DNA of 63,849 nucleotides, the filler included, from Octopus bimaculoides (lineage: Eukaryota): NCBI RefSeq assembly GCF_001194135.2. It is 4 parts of 3 records of this genome, joined end to end, with 100 filler letters (N's around TTAATTAATTAA, not from the genome) between each part and the next. Parts side by side here need not be neighbours in the genome. Positions count along the whole stretch, not along the records: positions 1 to 30,830 come from NC_068992.1; 3 more parts are not named here. One strand, 5' to 3'. Positions 11,201-25,300 of this stretch are shown here, piece after piece. The notes under the pieces are model-generated. The model ran no database searches and was not told where the DNA came from. It worked only from the letters and a program-made list of their open reading frames with translations. The position numbers were made by a program, and so were the translations under genes. The stretch's first letter is position 1. Each line of letters opens with the position of its first letter.

Positions 11201-14200
11201 GACTGCGCGTTCGGTTCCGCGCTGCTTTAGTAGTACTTATATATTTATGTGCTTCACTCGTTTACTACTGTCGTTTAACGAAAGATTGCCAGACAATGGA
11301 CACGAGTTAGAATAAGAACAGTAATAAACGAGTGAAGTACGAATATACAGTGCGTGTGTTTATTTGCCAAAGAAACCGTCCCAAAATATATATATTTTTT
11401 TCAATTAAATTTTACATATACGTTTTCGAACACGTAGTCTTCAATTATCTTTTGTTCTAGTCATTGAAATGTAGCATTCTGGGACAATGGTTTGAAGTGT
11501 TTAGTCGAACAAATCAACCTTAGTGGGTTTTTTTTTTCAATCTGATACTTTATTCTAGCGATATCTAGAAATATTATCTTACTTAGAAATGGGTGAGAGT
11601 TGGTGACAGGAAGGGCATCTATCCTTAGGAAATATGCCTCAACAAATTCCAGTTGACCCATGCTAGCATGGAACAGTGGACGTTAAAATATGATTTTATG
11701 TCTATAGTCTTGTACAAAGTTCATGAAATGTACATGCAACATCTGTAGGCATCACTGTAAAATGCAGCCAGGTAACATTGTTTCATTTTGAGATCATTGT
11801 ATTGTTTTACTTGTAAAGCACCTACAAGAGATTCATTCAGTGATTTACAAGTAGCTGGGATTGTTTTCCTGACATTTCTTGAACAAATTTATTAAGATGT
11901 CTTTTTTCTTATCAATAAAAGTATAATTTTAATTAAAATTCCATAGCTTGTTACATTCATTTAAGGACCCTTATTATTTTTCATACACTGTCCTTTCACT
12001 AAAATTTATGATTTGCAATAACACTGTACTTCACTGATGAGGTTTAGTAGGACTGAAACATGTCAAGAGTTGTCATATTGCCAAAGATTAATTTTTTTTT
12101 TTTCTGCATTATTTCCTTAATTTAATTTTTTCTTCAATAAAATTAATCATTAAGATATTTTCTTTCCTTGCTAAGAGAATTTTAGAGATTACTGCTTCAT
12201 TTAATTAACCAATTTAATTTCATTTAATTAACCAATATTTGTTTGTTTGTTTATTCTACAGATCTTCATCAACAATGAATTTGTGAATTCAATCAGTGGC
12301 AAAACCTTTCCAACTCTGAATCCCTGTCATGGAGAACCTATTTGTCAGGTCCAGGAAAGTGACAAAGTAAGCATTATTTTATCTTGTTTTTTTTTTTATC
12401 TGTAGATTTAATACAGAGTAGGAATCTGACGAAATGATTGTCTTTCATTTAGTAGTGCTTTAACATTGACACTTGCATTTGACTTTCAGTTGTTCAGTTG
12501 TGGGAACTAACTACACATAATCACTAAATTATTGTGAAAGTGGTTTGATATTCCACATGTAGCAATGAGGTTATGAAGTTTATTTCCCAACCATGTAGTT
12601 TCAAGTTCTATTTCTACTAACTGGCACCTTGGGCAAGTCTTCTATTACATTCTCATACCAACCAAAATTGTGTGAATTTAGTTGGCAGAAACTAAAAGAC
12701 CCTTGTGTTGTGTGAATGCCAAAGCTTTGTGAGTGGATTTGGTTGGTGGGAACTGAAAGAGGTCCATTGTGTGTGGGTGCATGTGTGTTTGTCTCCTTGT
12801 CTTGATGTCAAATGATAGTTGTAAATGATAGTCACTGTCATACAAGTGATGTTTGTTCATTTCCAAAATGCTGCATTAAAAAAGTAATCGTTTTAAAGAA
12901 GAAAAATACATTACGCTAAAAAAATATAACATTTTAAATACAAACAATAGAAAAACAAAAAACAAAATAAAAGCATGTGATTCAACCCACTGTTTAGTTT
13001 AAATGTCAGAGCATTACTGGATTAAAAAAAAATCCTGCTACATTATAATTTCCATATGAGCTTCAGCAGAAACAATGTTGCTGTTATTCACTGCTTTAAT
13101 AGATTAATAAATAGGAAAACTCTAAGACTCACACAAATTCAACCACTCCAATACTAAATCTACTAAAGATATTTTCCCAATGGTAAATGTTGTTTTTTTT
13201 TTAAAAACAATATGGTACAGTCTTTGAAATCTTGTAGATGACAGATACAAGACATCATATAGGTGAAGCGAAAAATCTTAAAACGAGCGTGGCCGTCGCC
13301 AGTACCGCTTGACTGGCCCTCGTGCTGGTGGCATGTAAAAGCACCCACTACACTCTTGGAGTGGTTGGTGTTAGGAAGGGCATCCAGCTGTAGAAACTCT
13401 GCCAAATCAGATTGGAGCCTGGTGTCGCCTCCTGGTCCACCAGTCCTCAGTCAAATCGTCCAACCCATGCTAGCATGGAAAGCGGACGTTAAACGACGAT
13501 GATGAAGATTATCAATATAGTTATTCAGAAGAAATAAGATAATTCACTTCATATATATCCAACCTAAAGTGTCAAAGCATTGTTATTTTTCAAATCAGCT
13601 GGTTGGTCAAAGAAATAGTATGCTTCATACTTGATCATATTTGAAAAACTTCACTATCTAAAAAATATTGTGTACTTAATTGATATATTTATTGACCTTT
13701 GTACAATAAGAGTACCTCCTCACCATCTCTCAGTTTCTCACTTTCCTGTTGGGAAACTATGCATCTCCTCTTTTGTTTGATGCCTGTTCTTACCCCTCTT
13801 TCATACTTTCACCTCCTTTGATATTGTACTTCACTCAATTGAGGGTTCTTGGAAGTGTTCGTTTGTGCTGGTGCCATGTAAAAAACCAGCCAGTACGCTC
13901 GGTAAAATGGTTGGCATTAGGAAGGGCATTCAGCAGTAGAAACTATGCCAAAGCAGATATTGGAGCTTGAAGCAGTCCTCTTGCTTTGTTGGTTCCTGTT
14001 GAACCATTTAACTTATGCCATCATGGAAAATAGATGTTAAATAATGATGAGGATGTAATAGCTGAACGTATTGAATTCAAAGTTGGAATTGGTTTCTTTC
14101 TTACCAGCATTAAAAGAAGTATCCCAAGAAAATTAAAATTTCCCTCTCTGTAAAATAAGCTCCTGATTATTCTTACCGGCAGCCGCATCTTCATGTTTAA

Positions 14201-17200
14201 TTAATTTTTTTTTTTTTTTTACATGAATGGTTAAATCTTCCATTCAAGCAGGTCTTATTTTCCATGTCCCCTTTCTCTGGCATGTTTCAAATGCTACAGA
14301 GAAAAAAAAAATTGATTTTTATACATACATACACACATATAGAGTTAATTTACTAATGATTTAAGATTTGTTGGGTTTAAAAAAAAAAATTTTTCCCCAC
14401 ACATACTTTGTATCACTTCCTTTGTGTTATCCTCCTTCAATCTGAAATTATGAATATTACATTATTCTCAGTCATCAACCTACCATCATTAACTGTCACA
14501 TTTTATTATTAAAAGTCTTATAGCTTACATTCTTTCCTGTTTCAATGCCTCCCCATTAATTTTTCTCTGTCTGTTCCCCCCCCCCCCCCCACACTTCCCT
14601 TTTTACTCTCTTGCTGTTTCTATATAATTTTGCTCCTAACATCTTTCTCTTTTTTGCAACCAATTCACATATTTTCACATCACTTAGTCTTTCTCATAAC
14701 CCAGTTTCTACCCGTCTGATCTAAACTTTAACATATCATTACATTCTTTTCACCTTCTTTCTATTCTTTTTGTTCCTCTCATCTTTTAGATTTCCTTTTC
14801 CGTCTTTTTAAATGTTAATAATTTCTTTCACACATGTACACATTTACATATGTGCCCTGGTTTTTAGAGTATGCTCACCATATTTTTGTGTTAGAAGAGG
14901 CAACAAAGCAGTTGGTGTCAGAAGGGCATTTGATTGTATCAACCAGGACAAGACTAACAGATGCTATAGACTGCTGGTCACAAAGCACTTCTTTGCATTC
15001 TTTTAACTTTCAAATTATGCCACCCTACTGTCTGGGCAGGTTGGCAGACAAGCCAACAAATGTTGCCTCAAATAGTCTAATCTTAGAGCAGACATGGAAC
15101 AATAAGGATATTTTCTCCATTCACATTTTAAATCTTAATCCATTCTTCTACTGTTAATTTTTTAATCCTATATTCATGTACTTCATATTTTGTTTCATAA
15201 CTTGATATTTTGATTTAGATATTGCTTTGTATTATTTCAAATAAATTTTCCCTTAATTCTTGGACCATGTATGTGTGTGTTGGTGCAGGTGTGGCTGTGC
15301 AGTTGTTTGTTTCCCAACCATAGGGTTTTGGGTTCAGTCCCACTGTATGGCACCTTAAACAAGTGTTTCCCCAGGCCAGCCAGAGACTTGAAAGTGGATT
15401 TGGTAATCAGAAACTGAAAGCAGTCCATTATATGCATATGTTTGTGTCTCTGTCACATATGCAGTGTCATTCATTTCTAATATTCAGCAAAAACATGCCT
15501 GGCCATGAGGCAATATTACTTTGCTTGGAAACAGATTATGGTTGGTGACAAGAAGGACATCCTAACATAGAAAAACCTGCCTCAGCAAACTCCATCTTAC
15601 CCATTCAAGCATGGAAAAGTGGACATTAAAACCATAAGTGTATCATCATCATCATCTTCATTTAGTGTCCATTTTCCCTGCTGATATGGGATGGATGGTT
15701 TGACAGATGGCTAGGCAGAAGACCACGCTAAGATTCACTGTCTGTTTTGGCATGATTTTTGCAGCTGGATGCCCTTCTGAATGCCATCCATTTTACAGTG
15801 TGGACTGGATGCTTTTTATGTGGCACCGGCACTAGTGGGCTCACCAAGTAACTTGCAGGACAAAGATCCTTTGAGGTGGGGAAGTGTCATGGGAAGAGTT
15901 GGCCTTGTGCCAGGTGATAAGAGGTTAGTGTGACTGAAGGATAGAAACAGGTGTCTTGCTGTAGTGGAGATATGTGGTTTCCCAATTAGAGGCAGAGAGC
16001 AAGAGAGATGTTTGCATGTATACGTGTAAAATGAAGTTTAGATCTGTCAATTTCAGTGATTAACATTCCAGTTTGTTCAAACAGTTGAACAACCCATTCG
16101 CTGAATTATCAATCAAGTCGCAAAGTATTCCTCTAACTCTTAATATAAATCTTCCAATATAATTTTCATAGACTCTTAGCAGTTTATTTACAATAGACTG
16201 ATGGCTATAAAAATGTTGAAATGTGTCATATTTAATACAAGAATTTTTCATTTATTTATAATTGAAAGTTAATTTCTTTAGAAATTGAATTTCTGAAAAG
16301 AGCAAGTTGAAAGAAAATGTTTAATTTAATTGGAATTGTTTTTGTGTGTTTGGGAGATACAATTGACTTTGTGTGCACAGGTGAAAGTGGGGGTGAGGTT
16401 GATTGTAATTCACTACAATTGATTTTTTTTTTATATTTTGAAATTTATTTCTTTTACCTCTATTTCTTTTTTTTTTATCAATGTTTGCAGGCTGATGTAG
16501 ACAAAGCTGTAGCAGCTGCTAAAGCTGCTTTCAAGTGGGGCTCAGAATGGCGCCGTACAGATGCAAGCAAGAGAGGTTTGCTACTCAACAAGTTAGCTGG
16601 CTTGATTGAGAGAGACCTTGTCTATGCTGCAGTAAGTAATAGTAATATTCATGTAATTCTTTTCCTTTTCTGATATGCTCTGCTGCTATTGTTAATTGTG
16701 ACTGATCAGATGCTTTAGATTTCTATTGTTGCTTTTTTTCTCATGATCACAAATTACATTTGTGTGTGCTTTATATATATATATATATACATATATATAA
16801 ACGTATGTATCTGTTCAATCCATCCTATATCGGAAAACACTAAATAAATGGTGTGTGTATATAAAAAACAATATCAAACAAACTCAGAAAGTATGGGTTT
16901 TTTTTACAATTTGTGGGTAGTTTGCACTTATAGGCATAACACCATTTTTCTTATAGTCATAGGCAGTGATTTAGCTTACATCAGACCTCATTTTGGGTAC
17001 GTGGTGTTGACAAGTCACAAAAATGATGAAACATTGATGTTTGCTGCTCTTGAATGGAACCAGATGCAAGTTCTCAATTGTCTATGACTTCCAGATGTAT
17101 TAACACCAAGTGAATGGATGAGAATATATTCTCTTACACCTATAAGCACAGCCTACCCACTATCTAGCATAGCACATACCTTGTGTATATGTGTTTCATA

Positions 17201-19227
17201 TTGTTTATATCCCTCAAGCTGCTTCTAATTCATATTTGAATATATATATATATCATTGGTATTCCATTGGTATGATGATGAAGGTTCCAACTAGTCCAAT
17301 CAATGGATCTGTGTGCTTGTGAAATTAATGTACAAGTGGCTGAGCACTCCACAGACATGCATACCATTAACATACTTCACAGGGATGTTCAGTATGACAA
17401 AGCGTATGTATATTATTGTTCTTTTGCTTCAATATTGTATGATAGATGTAAATGGATATCACTGTCATGCAAGCAGTGTCTGTCATTTCTGATTTTCCAT
17501 AAAAGCATATTTGGTCATGAGGGAAATATTAGCTTACTTGGAAATGGGTGAGGGTTGGTGACAGGAAGAGCATCCAGCCATAGAAAATCTGTCTCAACAA
17601 ATTCTACTCGTTCCAAGCAAGCATAGAAAAGTACAAAATGAGGATTTCATTATATAAGCATTGGCTATCATCCAATAATGCCCTGAGTGTCAGATCTGTT
17701 TTCTAATTCCTGGATTCCTGTTCATTGTTGTAGAGTCTGGAAACATTGGATTGTGGTAAACCTTACAAAGCAGCATTTGGTGATATAGCATTTGCCATCA
17801 ATTGTCTACGATATTATGCTGGTTGGGCAGACAAGGTTGAAGGAAAGACAATTCCAGTGGGTAAGTTTAGAACTCTTGTTTCTCCGTTTCTGTCCGACTC
17901 CCTTGATCTACCATTCTTTCTTTCTCTCTTGGTGCATATATCTGCTTAAATTCTCCATGCCTTCTTTTGAATTTCCTATGGGGAAAATATTTTCGGGTTA
18001 TGACGAAAGTATAGATTCTGAAAATGCATGTGTCCTATAACTTAAATCTAAATGAAAAACATTGATTAATATTTCCAGATGGTGACTTCTTCTGCTACAC
18101 CAAACATGAACCCGTTGGAATATGTGGACAGATTATTCCAGTACGTATACACTTATTTCAGTTGTTTGAACTTGTAACCATTTCCATTGCTATTCTATTC
18201 CATCAAGCTCCTGTATTCTCCATTCACCAAAAACTTAATTTTTATCAGTTTTGTTATTTCATTTTAAATCTTGTTAAATATCTTTGCATTAAGTTTATTA
18301 GTTAATATATATGTATGTATGACACTTAACTGCATTTGCTGATAAACATGTTCATGTAATTTTGCAGTGGAATTATCCAATTCCAATGTTTATATGGAAA
18401 ATAGCTCCTGCCTTGGCTTGTGGTAATGTTTGTGTCGTGAAACCTGCTGAACAAACCCCTCTCACTGCCCTATATTTAGGAGCTCTGATAAAGGAGGTAA
18501 GTAATGAATTATTGTTTTTTGTTTATTTTTCTTATTTGATAGGGTTTCACTTAAAGAGCATATGGCCATACAGTAGTTAAGTATGTAGGCAGCAAACAGG
18601 GTGGTTTTGCAACATGATGCTCTATAGTTGTGAAATACAGGTTATATGAGTATGAAATGCCTGCAGATTCGAGAGAAAATTGAGTTGAGAATAATCTGTT
18701 AGTCAAATTATATAAAAGAATTGTTGATAGTCAGTTTGTACTGAAGAGACAGTAATGTTGGTATACATGAAGTGGAGTTTAGTGAAAGTGAGGGAGATAA
18801 TGATATGAGTAAATAAGGTAGATTTGAGAAGAGGCGGACTGGTTAGGTTTAATGCAAAAGCTGACAGATGTTGAAGAGGAATAGAGATGTGCTATGTTGT
18901 TATCTAGTTTTGTTTGACCTTTAAAACATTAGAAAAAGACCTTAGACATTATTAGAATATTGAGCTTTGTGCATGTTAAGTCTATTTATCCTCGTCAATA
19001 AATCAAAGATAATTAGTTTGTATTATTTCAAACTGAAACCATTTCTTTTGTATATTCTCTTTGGCAAAGCATGGCTTTAAAACTTGCTCATTTCATGCAC
19101 AGACACAATTATATTTAAGAATCCATGTGGGTCCCACTGTGCAGTACCTTGTGCAAGTGTCTTCTTCCATAGCTTTGAGTAGACCAATACTTTAAAAGGA
19201 ATTTAGTGAACAGAAACTGTGCAGAAG

Positions 19228-19300
<73 letters not shown>

Positions 19301-22300
19301 ATAGAAAGGCTCCAAACAAAATGCTTAGCTGCATTTCTTCTGTCTTTCCATTTTAAGTAAAAATTCCACCAGGGTCAACTTTGCCTTTTCATCCTTTCAG
19401 GGTTGATGAAATAAATACCAGTTGTACTGAGGTTGATGTAACCAACTCCCCTCCAAACTTGCTGGCCTTGTGTCACATTTTGAAACCCAATATTATTCTA
19501 TTATTCTCACTTCAGTTAAAGGTTCTTTGTGTGTGTCTTTATAAGGAATGTGAATGTCTTTTGCCAGTGTATATTGGCAAAGGACAATCATCAAGACAAT
19601 CAAAGTTCAATGTTCTACAAAATTTCTTGCCATATCTTTATTCTGCTCCAAGTTACTCTCCCTTCTCATTCACACACCATCAGAAAATGCAATAAATCCA
19701 TAATTGGGGCCTCATAGAAACCTGGAACTTATAATCATCATCGTTTAACGTCCGCTTTCCATGCTAGCATGGGTTGGACGATTTGACTGAGGACTGGTGA
19801 ACCAGATGGTTGCATCAGGCACCAATCTTATCTGGCAGAGTTTCTACAGCTGGATGCCCTTCCTAAAACCAACCACTCCACGAGTGTAGTGGGTGCTTTT
19901 ACATGCCACTGGCACGAGGGCCAGTCACACAGTAGTGGTAACGGCCATGCTCAAAAAGTGTTTTTTATGTGCCATCAATTTAGAAAAATTAAAATAAATA
20001 TTGGCTTCTTCATTAATTCATCATCAATGATGGCTAACTTGTCAAAACTTAGTCTCTACTAGGTTGTTTAGTTCTTGGTCAACTCTGATCAAATACTGAA
20101 TTTACTTACAAATTTCCTCATAATTAAAGAAAGAAGTGGCCATGTGCTTATATCAAAAATCCTGTTACTTATAGGTTATAAATCATTTATACTTTTGTTT
20201 TTCATTATAGGCAGGTTTTCCACCTGGTGTTGTTAACATCGTACCTGGCTATGGGCCCACAGCTGGGGCAGCAATAAGCACACACCCTGACATTAACAAA
20301 GTTGCATTCACTGGTTCAACAGAGGTAAGTACAATATTACTAAAACATTAGACTAAAGTTTACCAATATTCCTATTTTCACTGCTAGTAGTATTGTATTT
20401 AACAATTTACAGTGATGACTCTCCTTTGAGATCACATTTCTACGAGTTTCTCCCTGACTACATTGGGGCTGTGGGACTTTCAAGTTAAAATCCTACTCAA
20501 AATTCTTTGTTTTTGGTATATAATCCTTTTGTTCTTGAACAGTTCTCCTAACCTGTTCTTTTACGTACAAACATATCATTTGGCATGATTTGTACACTTT
20601 AATACAAGATCTGTTGTAGTGCAAATAGCACCTCTGAAATGCTGAATTTAAGAAATAGTTTCAGATAAAACTAATCCATATGTAATAATCAGGATTAGCA
20701 AAGATAAGTTAAGAATAAGTTAAAATATATTTGTTAACTCAAAAATTGAGATCTGAACTTGTTTTGCAATGTAATTCCTTTTGAATGAAACATTCCTTAG
20801 TTTATTCCCAATAATGGTCTCCCCCCCCCCCAATTCTTTCTCAGCTGAATTTGTGGCTGCTTTTGATTTTATCTTAAAGTAATTTAACTTCAGTTTAACT
20901 TATGCTACTAATATACCCTAAGTAAAGGCATGAACATCACAACTTCTTACTTACCCTAAAACAGGGGTCATACATGGTGTCTTGCTAAAGTTCTTTCTTT
21001 TTTTTTTTTTCTTTTTTAGATTGGTCAAATAATTATGCAAGCCGCTGGTGCTTCCAACTTGAAGCGCTGTTCTCTGGAACTTGGTGGCAAAAGTCCATGT
21101 GTTATTTTTGCTGATGCTGACCGTAAGTACCTATTAATTTTTGTTTTTTCTTTGTTTCAGTCCTTCACACCACATTGTGCTGTCAATTCTTTTCATTTGG
21201 TCTTTTAAGGAATTACAGATGGTCTTTGAAAACTGTCCAGCACTACAAATTCTTGTGAACCATTATTTAATTTTCATTTTATTAATATTAACAAACTGTG
21301 TTGTTTAGCTCTGTTTGAATCGGCCAATGACAGTTGTTCTAGCTTTGACAATTCCATTTTATAAGAACCACATTATCCAATATTAATGTTCAAGTTTTTT
21401 TTTTTTTCATTTTATTTATTTTAAAAATTAAAAAAAAAAGATTTTTTTTTTTCATTTCCTTTTTTTTATGCCTGTTTTCCTCCTGTCTTGTTTGAACCTG
21501 GTGTTACTGCATATTGCAATTTCCTATTGATCCTGTGTCATTTCATCTCAGAAACTCAACATTTCTGAGATTTCACTTCTACACTTCATCCCACCCTTCT
21601 CTTGACCGAGAATGGTTACTATCCATTATCAGCTCCCACCTGATCAGACAATTATGAATAAGGCTTCCACATTACAGTACCTCCCTTTAAAAAAAGAAAA
21701 AAAAAAAAATGTGGATTTGAGGGAGTGCTTTCTATTTTCAGCGGGTCAAGCAATCACATAGGGGCTTCATTGGTTTGAAGCTGTTATAGCCTAGAATTTT
21801 TAGTCGAATGAATCGATCCCAGAACTTAATTTTGTTTATAGCTTGGTACTTGTTCTATCAGTCTCTTTTGCTGACTGCAAAGTTATGGGGGATGTAAACG
21901 CAGCAACACAGGTTATCAAGCAGTGGTGGACAGACACTCTTTCATGATGGGCTTCTTTAAGTTTCAGTCTACCAAATCCACTCACAATGCTTTGGTCAGC
22001 CCGAGGCTATAGAAGACACTTGCCCAAGGTGCCATGCAGTGGAACTGAACCCAGAACTATGTGGTTGGGAAGCAAGCTTCTTACCATACAGCCATGTTTG
22101 TGCCTCCACACAACCACGCCAGTTTTCTTTCAAAAAATCAATCAAATTTAAGAAATTTATAGAATTGAATAAATTTGTTACCTCTGACATCCTATTCTTG
22201 GATAACTGATGTTCTATTGTTCTGACTTGCAGTTGATTCTGCAGTGGAAGAAGCTCATGAGGCTGTCATGACCAACATGGGCCAGTGCTGTGTTGCTGGT

Positions 22301-25300
22301 TCACGTACATATGTACAGGAGGCCATCTATGATGAATTTGTTGCCAGGAGTGTTGCCAGAGCCCAGAGACGAAAAGTTGGCGATCCCTTTGACTTTGAAA
22401 CAGAAAATGGACCTCAGGTAAAAAAATTCATCTATGTTATTCCATTTTCCCTGATCATTGCCAAAATATCTTTTCCATTATTTGTAATCAGCACATATTC
22501 TGTGTTACTGGAATCATGTGTTATTTTATGGGTCTTTGTTTTGGGTGTATATCAAATATCTGGAGGGGGAGGGGGAGAGGGATGCTTTATGGCAGTGGTC
22601 CTCACCCTTCTTTGCATCATGGAGTGGTTTCAGGCAAGACAAATTTTACTTATCTTATGTTCATATCAACCAGATCTGATATCTCATACCTACTCTACAA
22701 TGTTTTCTTAAAAATAAACAATCACACAATTAAAATCTCAAAGCTATGAGATAATACAGGATTGATTAAAAACAGTGAGATTAAATAAGCATTACATTTG
22801 ACAGTAATGTGAATGCTAAAGGGTTAAATGTTTTAGTAATGGAATGATTCTGTAGATTTAAACCAGATTATGAAATTATACCATTTTTCCGTTTAAGCCA
22901 TTTCACCAACACTTTGCACTCTGAACAATCAGTATTTCTCCAGATGGTTGCCATCAAATTTGCCAAGTTGATATTTTCAACTTCCCCTCTTCTGTCTAGG
23001 TTGATGCCGACCAGCTGTCTAAGATCATTGATTTGGTGAAGAGTGGAGAATCAGAAGGTGCCAAAATGATGTGCGGAGGAAAACAGAAAGGGGACAAAGG
23101 ATATTTTATGGAACCAACCGTTTTTGCTAATGTCAACGACAACATGAGAATCACCAAAGAAGAGGTAAGTCTTCTAAACACATTTACCTTTAACTCTATT
23201 ATCAGTCATTGGACTGTGGCCATGCTGTAGCACAGCCCTTCTCGAGTGCAGTTGACTTTTTATTGTCACCTCCTCTTCTGATATGTATTGTACTAAACTC
23301 AGGAAGATAGTGGTAGACTTAGGTGGAATTTTATTCTACTTATATATATATATAAATTTTCTTTCAACCACGACTGCAGCCATGGTGTTGCACCAATCTT
23401 GATTGGTTATAGTAGCCAAACAAATCAACTCCATATTTTTTTCTTAAACCTGTTACTTATCCTATCAGTTGTTATTACTGAATTGCTTAGTTACAGGGAC
23501 ATAAACAAACCAACACTGATTATTGGGTGAGGTGTGGAAACACTGGTTTTCTTTCATTATATTTTCTTTTTCTTTTATAGATATTTGGTCCAGTACAACA
23601 GATCATAAAGTTCCATGATATTGAGGAAGTCATAGAGCGTGCCAATAAAACACACTACGGCCTTGGAGCTGCTATCTTCACCAAAGACATTGACAAGGCT
23701 ATGACCTTCACAAGTGCTGTTCAGGCTGGAACTGTTTGGTAAGATCTTATTTCTCAGCTCTGCTTAATCTTATACAAATGGGTTCTGGAAGTTATTAACA
23801 AGCAATTTCCTAAATTTATGGTTACATGAATAATTCAGAATAAATGTAACTTGGTGGTGTTGTAAGTTTTGTATTGAATGTTTATTTAAAATGTTTCTTT
23901 GTATTCTCTTCTATATATTTTCCTTCTATTTTATTCTGCAGGGTGAACACCTATAACAGTGTAACCCCACAATCTCCATTTGGTGGATTTAAAATGTCAG
24001 GAATTGGCAGAGAATTGTAAGTTGATAACTGGCAAATGTTAATAGACTTGAATGTTTTTAAAATATTTAATAACAATTCCTCCCATCGAAACACCACAAA
24101 AACATTGAGTTAGAATTCTTCTGATAATTGATGATGTTATTGTTTAGCCTTAGGTCTAGTAAACCTGTAATCTAAAGCAACTAAAAAATGCTTTATCCAA
24201 TGTCTCCCACCCCCACCCAGAAGGTTGGATGTGACAGCCCTTTTGTTACCATATTTCTGTCAAGATCCTCTATTTTTATTTCAATTAATTTTGAAAATCA
24301 TGTAGAATTTAGTAAAATAACTTTGTCATTACTAATTGGTTTTTGGAACATAAATTAACACTAAGTTGTGGCAGAAGATTTTAATTCAGGACTCCTGAAA
24401 CCAGGATGTTTATAACACAGGGCAAAGGGTAGTCAGCAGCAGGTTGGTATCCTTTCTTCCTGTCATGTTGGCTCTCTGAAATTCCCTCCTAACTTATATC
24501 TTTCTCACAGGTCTTTCCAGTTTTAAGTATAATCATTGTAAGTGGAGTGCTGGTAAGCTTTGTATGAAATGAATTTCAGCTCCTAGTTGGAACAATTTCA
24601 TTTCTCTTGTAAAGTAATCAATCTCAAAAAAAAGCATGAATATCCTCTTTTAGTTGTAGTTTGGCTTGAAGTCTGAATGTACAGCTCTGTGACGAAAGGT
24701 CTTCCAGCTATGACTATCCAGTTTTATTCTTGACCTTGTATCTAGGATGACATTTATTCAGTGTGTTCTTTCTTATTTGCTAGGGGATGCTTGAGAGGAA
24801 ATTTAACTGGTTCTAGTGCAGTCGCATAGAAACTTCTTCCTTGTTGGCTTATAACCTCTTAGTTCTGTGACCTTGTGCCTTAAATATAATAAAACTCTGT
24901 TCAGATGAATAATGCCTTCATTCTGTCATTCTTAAACTGTTTTCCTATTTTTCATAATGCAGGGGAGAATATGGTCTTCATGAATATACAGAAGTGAAAA
25001 ATGTGAGTAATTGATTTCTGAAATAATTTTTACTTCCATTGCCTGTTCTATATTTTCATTGTCCCAAATCACTTTGAGCCTGCTTTCCATGCAGATATGG
25101 GTTAAACAAGTTATCTAAGTCGGTCTTATTTGGAGTTAGTGCTCCCCTAATGGATTAGAAACCTGTGACTTGCTCATTTCAAATGTTTTAAATATATTTA
25201 TCTGTTATAGTGGTGAGCTGGCAGAATCGTTAGCACACTAGGCAAAATGCTTACCAGCATTTCGTCCACCTTTGTTCTGAGTTCAAATTCCATTGAGGCC

